A stretch of 47,910 nt of DNA from Thainema sp. (lineage in GTDB: Bacteria > Cyanobacteriota > Cyanobacteriia > Phormidesmidales > Phormidesmidaceae), in contig JBQLZK010000060.1 of assembly GCA_052168235.1 (NCBI GenBank), positions 1-47,910 on the forward strand, given 5' to 3'. The position numbers and the translations under genes were made by a program. Position 1 is the stretch's first letter. Every line of letters begins with the position of its first letter. Shown piece by piece: positions 38,381 to 47,711 of the stretch. Under the pieces are notes generated by a model. It worked only from the letters and a program-made list of their open reading frames with translations. It ran no database searches and had not been told where the DNA came from.

Positions 38381-39574
38381 TTAAGGAGTAAACCCCATTT
38401 CCAGTAGCCCCTGGCGAAGGCGCTGCGCTTCGGCGGGGTTGTGCTGATCGTGAAGGGTGATGGCTTGACGGAAGGCGTCTAGGCTTTCGGGGACTCGACC
38501 TAGCTTGAGGTAGACGACACCCAGATTTTGGTAGGCATCGGCATAGCTAGGATGGAGTTCTAGCGCTCGTTCGTAGGCTGCGATCGCACCTGCCAAATCG
38601 CCCAACCCTTTACGCACCATGCCTAAGTTGTAGTGCCCAGGCGCAAACGTCGGGTCAACCTGAATCACCTGCTCATAAAGCTGTCGGGCCGGAGTGAGGT
38701 GGCCTGCCGCTTGCAAAATTGCGCCTAAGTTGTTCAACGCACCTAACTTAAGCGACGGTAAGATGCGCTGCTGAATCGCGGTCTGATAGTGCTGCACCGC
38801 TCGATTTGGATCGCCCTGCTGACGGTAGGCAATGCCCAGATGATAGTGCAGCTCGTAGGCAACACCCGGATCAAGCGCGTTGGTATCCTGTAAGCCCCGT
38901 TGCAGTAGCTCCACGCCGTCTTTAACCCGTCCCTGCTGGACATAGAGCGCCCCTAGCTTGCTGCACACGTAGGCATCGTTGGGATGGTCAGCCAGATAAG
39001 AACTCATGGCGGCTTCGGCGCGGGCGAGCTTGTCGCGACTTGCGATCGCACCAGGCTGATACCCTTCATGCAAAATGGCAATCTGCGGCAGGGATTGAAT
39101 TTGCCACTGGGGTTCCTGCTGCAAAATCTGGGCCACGCTGTCGTCAATCATGGCGTGGTAGGGGCGAGTGAAGTGAATATCAGGATGCTTGCGGAATAGG
39201 CGGGAAACGAGGGAGTAGGGCGATTGGGTTGCGCCGATTTCTTGGCGGATTAAGTTGACGACGAGGGTATTCTCGGACTGAATGGCATCTTTGACGGCGG
39301 GAATCGCCTCAGGGGCAAGCTGTTCGTCGGCATCAAGAACTAACACCCAGTCGCCCGTGACGTGCTGCAGGGCGGCATTGCGGGCAGCAGCAAAGTCGTT
39401 CACCCAGTTAAATGAAGGTGCGATCGCACCCCATTCTTCAGCAATTTTGACCGTCTCGTCGGTAGAGCCTGTATCCAGCACAATCATCTCGTCCACTAGG
39501 TTTTGCACACTGGCCAAACACTTGGGCAGCGTCTCGGCTTCGTTTTTGACAATCATGCACAGGCTAAGTTTCAC
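38381..39574 (-). CDS. Glycosyltransferase family 2 with C-terminal TPR repeats
   Basis: LSLCMIVKNE, VLDTGSTD, DFAAARNAAL and LVLDADE motifs, followed by TPRs. Confidence 0.92.
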   Translation of the reverse strand: MKLSLCMIVKNEAETLPKCLASVQNLVDEMIVLDTGSTDETVKIAEEWGAIAPSFNWVNDFAAARNAALQHVTGDWVLVLDADEQLAPEAIPAVKDAIQSENTLVVNLIRQEIGATQSPYSLVSRLFRKHPDIHFTRPYHAMIDDSVAQILQQEPQWQIQSLPQIAILHEGYQPGAIASRDKLARAEAAMSSYLADHPNDAYVCSKLGALYVQQGRVKDGVELLQRGLQDTNALDPGVAYELHYHLGIAYRQQGDPNRAVQHYQTAIQQRILPSLKLGALNNLGAILQAAGHLTPARQLYEQVIQVDPTFAPGHYNLGMVRKGLGDLAGAIAAYERALELHPSYADAYQNLGVVYLKLGRVPESLDAFRQAITLHDQHNPAEAQRLRQGLLEMGFTP

Positions 39575-39690
39575 GGTAGTTTCGATTGTTGCTGGTTAGA
39601 ATCATTCGTACAATTGCTACGATTCATCATCCCATCATGTTTCTGTGAATCGCACTAGGATAGAAAACAAATCCAATCAATTTTCAGCAG

Positions 39691-39978
39691 ATGGCTTTAA
39701 CCGCGACCGAATACAAGCATATTCAGCTTGATGAAAATGGCAATGCCATCATTGCCAATAGTTCAATGAAAGTGGTTGAGCTGATTACGTCTCATCTCAC
39801 CTATGGCTGGAGTCCTGAGGAGTTGCATTTTCAGTATCCACATATTAGATTGAGCCAGGTTTACTCCGCCTTATCGTATTACTGGGATCATCAAGCAGCA
39901 TTAGATGCTGAAATGCAGCGGCGCTTTGCAGAAGCTGAAATCCTGAGGAAGAAAATTACTTGTAGAGAGGATGATTAA
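39691..39978 (+). CDS. DUF433-family antitoxin-like protein
   Basis: GWSPEELHFQYPHIRLSQVYSALSYYWDH motif. Confidence 0.85.
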   Translation: MALTATEYKHIQLDENGNAIIANSSMKVVELITSHLTYGWSPEELHFQYPHIRLSQVYSALSYYWDHQAALDAEMQRRFAEAEILRKKITCREDD

Positions 39979-40311
39979 GGCAGTCATTACATACAAAGCC
40001 CACTTCCCTTCAGAAGGCCAAAGCATTTCCGGTTCAAATCTAACTGTGCAGAACTTTCATCGAATTCCCGAACGTGGAGATTTAAACCCCAACAGGGTTG
40101 AAAAGTAGAGTTTTCCCTGAGGGAAAACTCTACTTTTCAACCTGGATTTGGTTTAATTCGTCTTGATCTGAAGTATAAGAGCCGAATTATTGAATTAGAA
40201 GTAGAGAGAATTAAGTACTTTGTTCAACCTGCTGAAGAACAATCAACACAATGGAAATGCTCAGATACGATTGAGATTCAATGTAAAGTGCTTGACACAC
40301 ATAAATATTGA
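39971..40311 (+). pseudogene. Unannotated 89-aa ORF interrupted by a MITE
   Basis: Removing 40085-40155 joins MIKAVITY...IPERGDL to IRLDLKYK...DTHKY* in frame. Its ATG overlaps the DUF433 end. Confidence 0.65.
40085..40153. mobile_element. 69-bp palindromic MITE flanked by TA (IS630/Tc1-like target)
   Basis: TA-AACC...GGTT-TA termini, with a 23-bp perfect internal inverted repeat (40096-40118 / 40120-40142). Confidence 0.75.
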
Positions 40312-40477
40312 GATAAAAGCCGCAACTTAAACTTTTTAGTTCTGGCCTTGTGTACCATTGCCACCAAGAATATAAAGTTTTGTAAAACAGAAAGGGTTTT
40401 GCTATTTGAGGCGTGAAATATAGTTTGGGCTAGATTTCAGCCTATTGCCCATACTTTTAACTTAGCAAAGCCTCAAC

Positions 40478-41404
40478 ATGGAAGAACAATATATCGGATT
40501 GACTGCTTGCGATGAATGTGGAGCGAGATTTCGAGTCAAGCGTAAGCATCAGCATTTAGTGGGTCAGCCTGTCCGATGTCCCAAATGCAGCAGCATCTTT
40601 ACGATGGGTTTGATTGATTTGAGTCCTCTTGAAACCGCTGCAATTGAGCAAGAAACCACAGAGACAGCATCAGAAGAGGATCAAAAGCAGTCTCGACGAC
40701 GTACAAAGGCTGAAATTAAGCAAGAACTGATTGATTCAATCCGCGAAAATTTCCGTTTGTTACATCCGCGTTTGACAGAAATTTCCAGTGCAGCTCGTTC
40801 GTCAGAAGAAGCCGTCAGAATTTGGGTCGTTGATGCACTCGAAAAAGCGCTGGGTTACAGCAAAAGCAATATCGATACTGAGATCTCTACAATCGGTGGG
40901 CGCATTGATATTGCGCTGCGACAGGATGATCATGTGTTCATGGTCATTGAATGCAAAAATATCCGGGCAAAGCTGAATAAAGCAGTTCGGGATCAAGCGA
41001 TTAACTACGCAACTACGCTTTCCGCAGAATGGGCAGTTGTTACCAATGGAGCGATCTGGAAGTTATACCGAGTAATTCCACAACCCGGTCGCGATCCTCA
41101 TGTGATCGAAATTTTTGATTTGTCTCTGCTAGATGAGGATGGTGTTAGTGAAGCGGATGCAGAAAACCTTTACTTACTAACATCCAGGGCTGTATTTGGC
41201 GGCGACTTGGAGAAGATGAGCCATTTACTAGCCTGTACGAGTAAAAAGAGAATTTTGAATGCTTGTTTGTCAGAGAGGGTAATTAAAGCGTTTCGTTTAG
41301 AGTTGTCTTCTGTGTATAAAGATGAGCATGATGTCAACGTCAGGCTTGATGATGAAGAGGTGACAAACGCATTGCGAGAAGCATTTTCCCTCATCGATCT
41401 CTAA
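40478..41404 (+). CDS. Zn-ribbon (MJ0042-like) plus HsdR N-terminal PD-(D/E)xK nuclease domain protein
   Basis: CDECGARFRV...VRCPKC zinc ribbon. Nuclease motifs SEEAVR, LGY, RIDIAL...IECK, QAINYA and VVTNG..W.LY. Confidence 0.8.
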   Translation: MEEQYIGLTACDECGARFRVKRKHQHLVGQPVRCPKCSSIFTMGLIDLSPLETAAIEQETTETASEEDQKQSRRRTKAEIKQELIDSIRENFRLLHPRLTEISSAARSSEEAVRIWVVDALEKALGYSKSNIDTEISTIGGRIDIALRQDDHVFMVIECKNIRAKLNKAVRDQAINYATTLSAEWAVVTNGAIWKLYRVIPQPGRDPHVIEIFDLSLLDEDGVSEADAENLYLLTSRAVFGGDLEKMSHLLACTSKKRILNACLSERVIKAFRLELSSVYKDEHDVNVRLDDEEVTNALREAFSLIDL

Positions 41405-41487
41405 ACGCTAGGCAGAGTATATCTTCAGGTTGGATGAGTATCATGAAAACTGTTTGCTCATCACACATCCAACCACAGCAGGACAAC

Positions 41488-42273
41488 ATGGGATATACGC
41501 TCATTACTGGCGCATCATCTGGCATTGGGGCAGCCTTTGCTCGTAAGTTGGCGGCGCGGCAGGCCAACTTGATTTTGACCGCTCGCTCAGAAGAGAAGCT
41601 GATGGCATTGGCGCAGGAACTGCGCGATCGGTTTCAGGTTGACGCTCAAGTGATTGTCAAAGATTTGACGGCTCCAAGTGCGATCGTAGATTTGTGGCAG
41701 CAGATTGAAACCCAGGGTTGGGAGATTGATCAGCTGATTAATAACGCAGGCTTTGGGGACGTGGGCGAGTTTGCTCGTTCCGATCTACAGCGGCAGTTGA
41801 CGATGGTTCAGCTCAACATTGCTGCGGTAGTCGAGCTTACCCACCGCTGTTTGCCCGCCATGCAGCGGCGCAGATCCGGCAGCATCATTAACCTCTCGTC
41901 TATTGCTGCCTTCCAGCCGATGGCCTACTGGTCGGTCTATGCGGCATCGAAAGCCTTTGTACTGAACTTCAGCGAAGCGCTGTGGGCTGAGAATCAAGAC
42001 ACCGGAGTTAAAATTCTTGCCCTGTGTCCTGGGCCAACCGAAACGCAGTTTTTCAAGGAAGCCGGACTGAACGAATCTGGTACGCCAAGTTCCGGCCTGC
42101 AAATGACGCCGCCCGAAGAAGTGGTGGAAGAGGCATTGAACGCCCTGGCTCAAGGCCAATCATCCGTCGTCACAGGTGGCTTGCCCAATCAGCTGATTGC
42201 CAATGTGCCCCGCTTTTTGCCGAGAGATGCGATCGCAAAGCTGGTTGAAAAGCAGTTCAGGTCAACGAAATAA
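41488..42273 (+). CDS. Short-chain dehydrogenase/reductase
   Basis: LITGASSGIG, LINNAGFG and YAASK motifs. Likely ATG at 41488. Confidence 0.92.
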   Translation: MGYTLITGASSGIGAAFARKLAARQANLILTARSEEKLMALAQELRDRFQVDAQVIVKDLTAPSAIVDLWQQIETQGWEIDQLINNAGFGDVGEFARSDLQRQLTMVQLNIAAVVELTHRCLPAMQRRRSGSIINLSSIAAFQPMAYWSVYAASKAFVLNFSEALWAENQDTGVKILALCPGPTETQFFKEAGLNESGTPSSGLQMTPPEEVVEEALNALAQGQSSVVTGGLPNQLIANVPRFLPRDAIAKLVEKQFRSTK

Positions 42274-42298
42274 ATCCACAAAATCAATCCGCAAACTG

Positions 42299-42333
42299 AG
42301 AGGGAGCATTGTGTCATAATGCTCCCTCTTTTT
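42299..42333 (+). terminator. Intrinsic terminator after the SDR gene
   Basis: AGAGGGAGCATT...AATGCTCCCTCT followed by TTTT. Confidence 0.8.
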
Positions 42334-42383
42334 AGTGCAAACCTAAAGCGATCTAACTTGCTTTAACGACTGTCGGGAATCGG

Positions 42384-43454
42384 TTAGTCGTCATCATCAT
42401 CATCATCGTCGTCGTCATCATCATCGTCGTCGTCGTCATCGTCATCATCATCGTCGTCATCATCGTCGTCATCATCATCGTCGTCATCGTCGTCGTCGTC
42501 ATCATCGTCGTCGTCACCATCAATATCCACATCCACATCAGTGGTGATGGTCTGTTCTTGCTCGATTTCGATGGTTTCCAGGCCAACAAAGTTGATGCTG
42601 TTCACGATATAGGCAGACTGAATGCGTTCAACCCGACCCAGATAGGCCAGCGTTTGATACATAAACGCACAAGCCTCGGAACGAGAGACAACTTGGGTCA
42701 GATTTAGCGATCGCACTTGGGGATAGTTCACCAAAATGCCGCGCTCAACCAAAGCCGCAATGATCACTCGATACTGACTGGGAATTTCGTCAGCGTCATC
42801 AAAAATGCTCAGCAGTTGGTCAACGGACTGCCCAGAGGAAACCTGCGTAATCCCAAGCCCTCTGGCGAGCATCACCAGCATGTCTAAGCGAGTCATGCCG
42901 CTATCAACATCAATGCTGCCGTTATCTAAATCCAGGAAGCCCATTGAGTAAGCAGTTTGAATCGCCTCATACGCCCAGTAGCTGCGGGATAGATTACGAA
43001 TCGTCACCAACTGCCGCGTCGCTGGCATATCAAACGCTTGAGCAATCATCGCAGCATACTGCGCTTTCGTAAGTACTGCCGAAGGACGGAATTCATCATC
43101 GGGAAAACCGCTGACCACCTGAATTGCCGACAGGCGGTAGATGAAGTCACTTGCCCAGTAGTTAGAACTCAAGTCGGTGTAGCGCACCTGAGTCACACTG
43201 GTTTGGCCAACGGTGGTCTGACCCAGGATAATCTCGCCGCCTTCTGCCTGATCGGCTGTGTCAACAGCGATCTCATCCAGCAGGGAGTCATCCAGCAGCC
43301 AGTTGAAGTCCTCAATCGGGCCATTGATGGTGCCGCTTGCATTTTCGCCTGCGGCCAAGGAAGCGGGGGCAAAGCTGCTGCCGATAATTGCCGCGATCGC
43401 AACAGCAGACAAGGGTAATGTACGTCGTAATGGAATCCAGCGAATATGTTTCAT
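42384..43454 (-). CDS. Exported S-layer-homology (SLH) domain protein with C-terminal poly-Asp tract
   Basis: Signal peptide, three SLH-like repeats (YTDL...YWA...SGFPD..FRP...TKAQ; YWAY; VNYP...SRSEA), and 43 Asp codons before the stop. Confidence 0.9.
   Translation of the reverse strand: MKHIRWIPLRRTLPLSAVAIAAIIGSSFAPASLAAGENASGTINGPIEDFNWLLDDSLLDEIAVDTADQAEGGEIILGQTTVGQTSVTQVRYTDLSSNYWASDFIYRLSAIQVVSGFPDDEFRPSAVLTKAQYAAMIAQAFDMPATRQLVTIRNLSRSYWAYEAIQTAYSMGFLDLDNGSIDVDSGMTRLDMLVMLARGLGITQVSSGQSVDQLLSIFDDADEIPSQYRVIIAALVERGILVNYPQVRSLNLTQVVSRSEACAFMYQTLAYLGRVERIQSAYIVNSINFVGLETIEIEQEQTITTDVDVDIDGDDDDDDDDDDDDDDDDDDDDDDDDDDDDDDDDDDDDDDDDDDD
42387..42515 (-). repeat. GAY x43 codon repeat (poly-Asp)
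   Basis: 129 nt of irregularly mixed GAT/GAC codons. Confidence 0.95.
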
Positions 43455-43780
43455 CAGTTTGCTCTCTATTTTCTCTACAGAATCAGAATCATCCAGATCA
43501 AATGGCGACGCACCCGATGAAGTACCAAATTGACGTAAAGCGGCTTTTAGCCGTTTCAGTTAAGTAAAAGCAGCCAAATTCAACCGATTAGCGGCTCTTT
43601 TCACTGTTTACAGACTCGCATGACTATTTAAGTCTCGTTTAGGTGGCACAACCTTGGTAAACTCACGAGAACTTTGTCAAATGGCTCTGAATGTGTAGAT
43701 TGAATGAAATAGGGGAACTGCGTTCTGTTGCGCAATTGCAGATTTAAATGCTGCGGGTAAGAGGAGGCAGAGTGTCATCT

Positions 43781-44824
43781 TTACTCAAGATAGCGATCGC
43801 AAAACTGCTGAAGCTGAAGTTTGCACTGTTGTGCCCAATCAGATTTGGCTCCAACCGCATGAGCGCAGCGCGTGCCATAGGCCAGGGTGTAGACCATTGC
43901 GGCACCGATGGCGATCTGCTCCTCTGCGGTAAACTGCCAACCTCTAGCGGTTTCGTACTCGCGAATAAACGCCTCGGCGTCAGCCACGGTAATCGTTCGA
44001 GCAGGTGGGCCAATACGCCAGTCGTGGGCATAGCAACGAGCCGCACCACCGACAAAAAAGGCTTCTGGCCCTACGCACAGACTGTCCCAGTCAAAAGCGC
44101 TCGTAATTTGCCCTCGCTGAAAGGCCATATTTTGCAGGCTCCAGTCGGCATGACCGATTATCCAGGGCAGTTTAATGTCCAGTAGCAACCGTTGGGCGCG
44201 AGTTGCGATCTCATCAATCCATTCCGCTCCAGCGGCTGTTTTCTCAAAATCAAACAGAGTATTGTGCGGCGTCGGCCAAAGCGGTTTCACCGTCTCCCCA
44301 TCTAGCCACGGCATCCAAGGTGCTAAATCGAGCGGTGCGTCCCATGAACAGGTGTGGTGAATCAGTTCCGCTAGCTTAACGGCCATGCGTTGCCGTACCT
44401 GTGGATTAAACGGTGCAGTGGTTTCACCTGGATCGCAGTAGCTTTGGGCGACAAACAGGGTGCCGTCCTGAATTTGCGGTGCAACGAGAATGGCGGGACA
44501 GGAAAATCCTACTTTTGCCAGTTTGGCCTGAATTTGAAAGCTGCTACACAGGGCAGGCGGTTGTAGAGCAAGTAGACCATGCTCAATCCCGTAGGCTTTG
44601 AACACAACGACCTGCGCGTTTCTGAGCCGAACGACGACCGTTGCCCCGACTGAAACATAAGCAAAGCTGCAGCTTTCGATATCAGACTGAAGGGATGTGC
44701 GAGCAAACTGAGCAAACGCGGTACTGATGCGCTCTGGAGCAGTTGTGCCAAAGATGCTGTGGGTGATGGGGCAATCGTCTAGCTCAAGCTGCTGAATGTG
44801 ATCGGTGAGAGACTGCCAGTTCAT
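43781..44824 (-). CDS. Aminoglycoside-phosphotransferase/choline-kinase-like protein
   Basis: VVFKAY, IGHADWSLQNM (HxDxxxxN) and AFDWDS motifs. Likely ATG at 44824. Confidence 0.8.
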   Translation of the reverse strand: MNWQSLTDHIQQLELDDCPITHSIFGTTAPERISTAFAQFARTSLQSDIESCSFAYVSVGATVVVRLRNAQVVVFKAYGIEHGLLALQPPALCSSFQIQAKLAKVGFSCPAILVAPQIQDGTLFVAQSYCDPGETTAPFNPQVRQRMAVKLAELIHHTCSWDAPLDLAPWMPWLDGETVKPLWPTPHNTLFDFEKTAAGAEWIDEIATRAQRLLLDIKLPWIIGHADWSLQNMAFQRGQITSAFDWDSLCVGPEAFFVGGAARCYAHDWRIGPPARTITVADAEAFIREYETARGWQFTAEEQIAIGAAMVYTLAYGTRCAHAVGAKSDWAQQCKLQLQQFCDRYLE

Positions 44825-47252
44825 TGGCCGAGCGCTGCACTGGAATTTGAATGATAAATTCTGCTCCGTGACCGGGTGAGGAGGCAACCTCTAATTTGCC
44901 GCCGTGCTTCTCGGTGATGATTTGATAGCTGATCGACATGCCCATGCCCGTACCTTTGCCGATTGCTTTGGTCGTAAAGAATGGGTCGAAAATGCGGCTT
45001 TGTACCGCTGGCGGAATGCCTGGGCCATTATCTGCGATCGCAATTTCCACCCAAGTCTGATCGAGCAGCCCAGTACGAATTGTAATCCGGTACGGCGGCT
45101 TGCCCTTCTCCTCCAGCGCATCAATGGCATTGGACACAATATTCATCACTACCTGATTGAGCTGACCGGGATAGCATTCGACGGGTGGTAATGTATCGTA
45201 CTGGCGAATCACCTCAATCGCAGGCCGATCGCTTTTAGCTTTCAGGCGATGCTGCAAAATCAGCAGCGTGCTTTCAATCCCTTCATGAATATCAACGGCT
45301 TTGAATTCAGCCTCATCCATGCGGGAAAAATTGCGTAGGGACAGCACAATTTGCCGAATGCGATCGCTACCAATTTGCATCGAATGCAGAATTTTGCCCA
45401 AGTCCTCCTGCAAAAATTCCAGATCCATCTCGTCGGTCGCATCCAAAATCTGATCCAGTGGCTCTGGATACGCCTGCTGGTACAGCTCCACTAAGCGCAG
45501 CAAGTCCCGAGAGTAGGTTTCAATATGCGTTAAATTACCGTAGATAAAATTGACCGGGTTATTAATTTCATGCGCCACCCCCGCTACAAGCTGACCAAGA
45601 CTGGACATTTTCTCGGCCTGCACCAGTTGAGTTTGAGTGCGCTGCAAATCGGTCAGCGTCTGCTCAACCTGCTCCCGCGCTTCAGTAATGGCGGCAATTT
45701 GGGGCAAACTCGTCCAACATGCGATCGCAACCCCGATAAACGCTACCGTCACCAGCAAAATGCTAAACAGCGCCGCGTGAGTGGTGAGATCTGTGCGCTC
45801 CAGCCTGGCTCGCGCTAGCCAGCCAATGCTGACGGCTGCACAAATTAAGGCAATCAAAATCGTCACCTGTAGCGCCACCCAGTCGGCTTTGGCATTAATC
45901 GAACGCGGCACCTGATCGCGCTGCCACCACCAGCTTGGTTGCAGCACCCGCAGCCGCAAGCGAGGCAACTGAGTCGCGACAGTACCCACGATTAAAGGCA
46001 TCGCCAGCCCCATCATCCAGTCCTGCCAGCCCCAGGCAATGCCGCCCCCAATCAGCACAATGCTCTCCAAAATGAAGAAGCCCAACGAGAGCGTTTGCCA
46101 ACGGGTTTCGATGCGATCGCGGCTGATCCATTCGCCCAAGTGAATCGCCATCATCGAGGTCAAGTAGCCCGTCCCCGTCACCATCACCACCCGAGCCACA
46201 TCTCCCCAAATCAGCGACAGTAGGCTAAGCGCAAAGGTAAATAGCAGGCCCGGTGCCAGTACTGACCGCCGAGAAATCACGCCGAACACGGGCGGAATGT
46301 ATTTATCCTGAGCTAACTGATAGAGCAAACGCGGACAGTTAGCGACTGCCGTTGCTGAACTGAGCAAGCAGCCAGAAGTAATCAAAAACGTGACGAGCGC
46401 TGGCCCCATGCTGCCCCAAAATGGCTGACTAGCAGCAATCAGGTTTAAGTACGTGCTATCCGCTGCTGCTGCATCGGCAGCCAGACGCATGACGACCCAA
46501 GAGCCACCGACATAAACAATGGGAATCAGGCTGGCCGTCACTGCCAGACAGCGCAGCGTTACCTGTGGTCGCCGACTATCGGCCACAAACGAAGACGCGG
46601 TTTCACAGCCATACACGGCGTAGACGGCAATATAAAACCATTTCAGCCAATCAACTACATTAGGCGTCGGCCACACATCTGGCAGTAGGCCGGGACTAAC
46701 GGGCGAAGTGCCTAGCCAGGTCATCCCCTGCAGGCAAAAGGTCATCAAGAAGCCAATGGCTGGAAACACGAAAAAGGTGTGGAGAATGCCGATGGTGCGG
46801 GTGCCGCTGAAGGCAACGATGAACGGCAGCGCCAAAAAGCAAATTCTCAGCAGGGTGACGGGTACATAAAACCCCAGGGGCACCAGGTTGGATTCAATCA
46901 AACCCGCCAGAATAATAGCGTTCATGGCCGGAACGGAAATCCAGCCCAGAAAGTAGCCCATCGCGGCGTATTGGGCCAAAACTGGAAACCGTCTCAGCAG
47001 GTGAGTGGTGTAGTTCGGCGTACCACCGGAAACATCTGGGACGTAGGTGCCAAGGCGTTTGACCTGGAGGTTCAGCAGAATACCAATCACGGCACCGGGA
47101 ATCCAAACAAGCAGCGCATTTGGCCCCAAGGCAGTATGCATGGCAGGCGCGGTTCCTAGCCACAGCAGCAGTCCGCTAAAGCCAAACCCCCAGGTTTCTA
47201 GCGACGATAAGCTGCGAGGCAAATGGAACTTTAAATTGGTGGGTGGATTCAT
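44784..47252 (-). CDS. APC-family amino-acid permease fused to a sensor histidine kinase
   Basis: N-terminal multi-TM region (ETWGFG, SGGTPNY, YGCET, PRLLYQLA). C-terminal EKMSSLGQLVAGVAHEINNP, NQVVMNIVSNAIDA, DNGPGI, FDPFFTTK and GTGMGMSISY. Confidence 0.9.
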   Translation of the reverse strand: MNPPTNLKFHLPRSLSSLETWGFGFSGLLLWLGTAPAMHTALGPNALLVWIPGAVIGILLNLQVKRLGTYVPDVSGGTPNYTTHLLRRFPVLAQYAAMGYFLGWISVPAMNAIILAGLIESNLVPLGFYVPVTLLRICFLALPFIVAFSGTRTIGILHTFFVFPAIGFLMTFCLQGMTWLGTSPVSPGLLPDVWPTPNVVDWLKWFYIAVYAVYGCETASSFVADSRRPQVTLRCLAVTASLIPIVYVGGSWVVMRLAADAAAADSTYLNLIAASQPFWGSMGPALVTFLITSGCLLSSATAVANCPRLLYQLAQDKYIPPVFGVISRRSVLAPGLLFTFALSLLSLIWGDVARVVMVTGTGYLTSMMAIHLGEWISRDRIETRWQTLSLGFFILESIVLIGGGIAWGWQDWMMGLAMPLIVGTVATQLPRLRLRVLQPSWWWQRDQVPRSINAKADWVALQVTILIALICAAVSIGWLARARLERTDLTTHAALFSILLVTVAFIGVAIACWTSLPQIAAITEAREQVEQTLTDLQRTQTQLVQAEKMSSLGQLVAGVAHEINNPVNFIYGNLTHIETYSRDLLRLVELYQQAYPEPLDQILDATDEMDLEFLQEDLGKILHSMQIGSDRIRQIVLSLRNFSRMDEAEFKAVDIHEGIESTLLILQHRLKAKSDRPAIEVIRQYDTLPPVECYPGQLNQVVMNIVSNAIDALEEKGKPPYRITIRTGLLDQTWVEIAIADNGPGIPPAVQSRIFDPFFTTKAIGKGTGMGMSISYQIITEKHGGKLEVASSPGHGAEFIIQIPVQRSANELAVSHRSHSAA

Positions 47253-47711
47253 GACTTGGGATGGCTCTAGCAGGAAACACTCCGCTAGTTTGCCCAGCGG
47301 GGCGAAATTCTATCAGTGACTAATATACAGAGCGCTATTTGTCACTAGTCCACTAGGTGAATATTTACGATGACTCCAGCATGAAATTGGGTAAAATAGG
47401 CTCGCACTTCGGAATATTAGTGCCGAATCCTTTGGTAAGAATCCGTTTACGGTTATCGCATATCTATAGAGATCTCTAAAACCAAGAGTTTTCGTTCTTA
47501 AGTGAACATCCATTTCAAATAAGAAATCTTATTTAATACAGCCATGATTCCAAATCGCAGGTTGTTTATACTGAACGCTTTCACCTAATCACCCCTATAG
47601 GGGGATTAGGCAGAAAAGTTCCCTCTAAATAATAGTTATACGGCTTCGATTTATCGGTGGGGACGTTACCTAGAAGTTGTCTATCAGTAACCAGCGTTAA
47701 GTGAGCTATCA

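Noticed and set aside
42353..42589. 78-aa Met/Thr-rich ORF
   Set aside because: It is an alternative frame of the GAY repeat encoding the poly-Asp tail.
43748..44185. 145-aa + strand ORF
   Set aside because: It is antisense to the phosphotransferase gene and has no recognisable features.
158..46125. Abundant GCGATCGC octamer as a novel repeat
   Set aside because: This is the well-known cyanobacterial HIP1. I used it only as a taxonomic and foreign-DNA indicator.
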